Source of the DNA: a virus
DNA: 64,000 bases
Virus record (IMG/VR): IMGVR_UViG_3300031669_008155
Reading direction: 5' to 3' (one strand)
The notes below the pieces were generated by a model that was not told the origin of the DNA, ran no database searches, and worked only from the letters and a program-made list of their open reading frames with translations. Of the stretch, positions 63,654 through 64,000 are shown piece after piece (position 1 is the stretch's first letter; every line of letters starts with the position of its first letter). Both the position numbers and the translations under genes were made by a program.

Positions 63654-63999
63654 CTAACATAAGACTTAAAACTTCCATCTGTCTCGGTGTTATTTTATTT
63701 GGATAACAACTCAAAGGAACTTTAACAAATTCAATTTTAGCTGTTTTCTCTAATAATGCATCTAATTCTTTTTGTTTATTCTTAACTCCCTCAATATATT
63801 TAGAATGTTTTTCATCAACTATTTTCATCTCACCTATAAACAAGTTTTTATTATTTCCAGTAAATACAAAATGACCCCGACCATCAATTGGTGACTTTTC
63901 ACTTTTGAAATTTTTTTGTTCATCTCTTTCAGCATATTTTTCAATTACTGCCATTCGATCATTTCTATATTCCTCCCCACCTTCTATGGCAGTTAAAGA
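63628..63999 (-). CDS. Hypothetical protein, probably 5'-truncated by the window edge
   Basis: Frame stays open upstream of the track ATG (63954) to the window end. Confidence 0.5.
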   Translation of the reverse strand, partial: SLTAIEGGEEYRNDRMAVIEKYAERDEQKNFKSEKSPIDGRGHFVFTGNNKNLFIGEMKIVDEKHSKYIEGVKNKQKELDALLEKTAKIEFVKVPLSCYPNKITPRQMEVLSLMLDEEKEDDK

Positions 64000-64000
64000 A

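Noticed and set aside
1-64000. Wholesale TAG recoding (code 15) in this window
   Set aside because: Coding density is high under code 11, conserved enzymes are intact without in-frame TAG, and several genes end in TAG right before tRNAs or intergenic DNA.
1-64000. CRISPR array, rRNA, tmRNA, integrase or transposase
   Set aside because: No regularly spaced repeats or diagnostic motifs were seen.

Overview
An AT-rich, densely coding 64-kb segment of a large dsDNA bacteriophage genome. It has bacterial AGGAG ribosome-binding sites, bacterial-type tRNAs with encoded CCA, a GH108 endolysin, and no housekeeping operons or rRNA. Layout: (i) 1-7.7 kb, replication/DNA-modification block: partial QueE (missed by the ORF track), a 1091-aa family-4 UDG::family-B DNA polymerase fusion, a glycosyltransferase and a PIG-L deacetylase. 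(ii) 8.1-30.4 kb, a plus-strand array of 27 tRNA or tRNA-like genes interleaved with small ORFs, RtcB, a PTH2-like gene, two ClpX zinc-finger proteins, secreted FN3/LamG proteins, a REC-PAS-PAS protein and a PgpH-like HD domain. The array includes an amber-suppressor tRNA(CUA), tRNA-Ile(UAU), class-I tRNAs with extra variable arms and several unassigned structured RNAs. (iii) 30.3-36.5 kb, nucleotide metabolism and counter-defence: endonuclease V-like, endolysin, DUF5664 dNTP diphosphatase, SLOG, Tad1, dCMP deaminase, MazG-like and a QueC-like protein. (iv) 37.9-42.8 kb: glycosyltransferase, sulfotransferase, C1A protease and an ATP-dependent ligase plus prim-pol pair. (v) 43.5-58.6 kb, a 17-gene glycan synthesis/modification cluster. 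(vi) 58.7-64 kb, probable virion-associated genes, an actin-fold ATPase and a NUDIX fusion. Best candidate for an undescribed system: a leader ORF at 19487-19624 with two in-frame TAG codons ahead of an RGPP arrest-type motif and an SD-sequestering hairpin. It sits upstream of a PTH2-like operon that ends next to the phage's amber-suppressor tRNA. All family assignments come from motifs recognised by eye; no searches were run.
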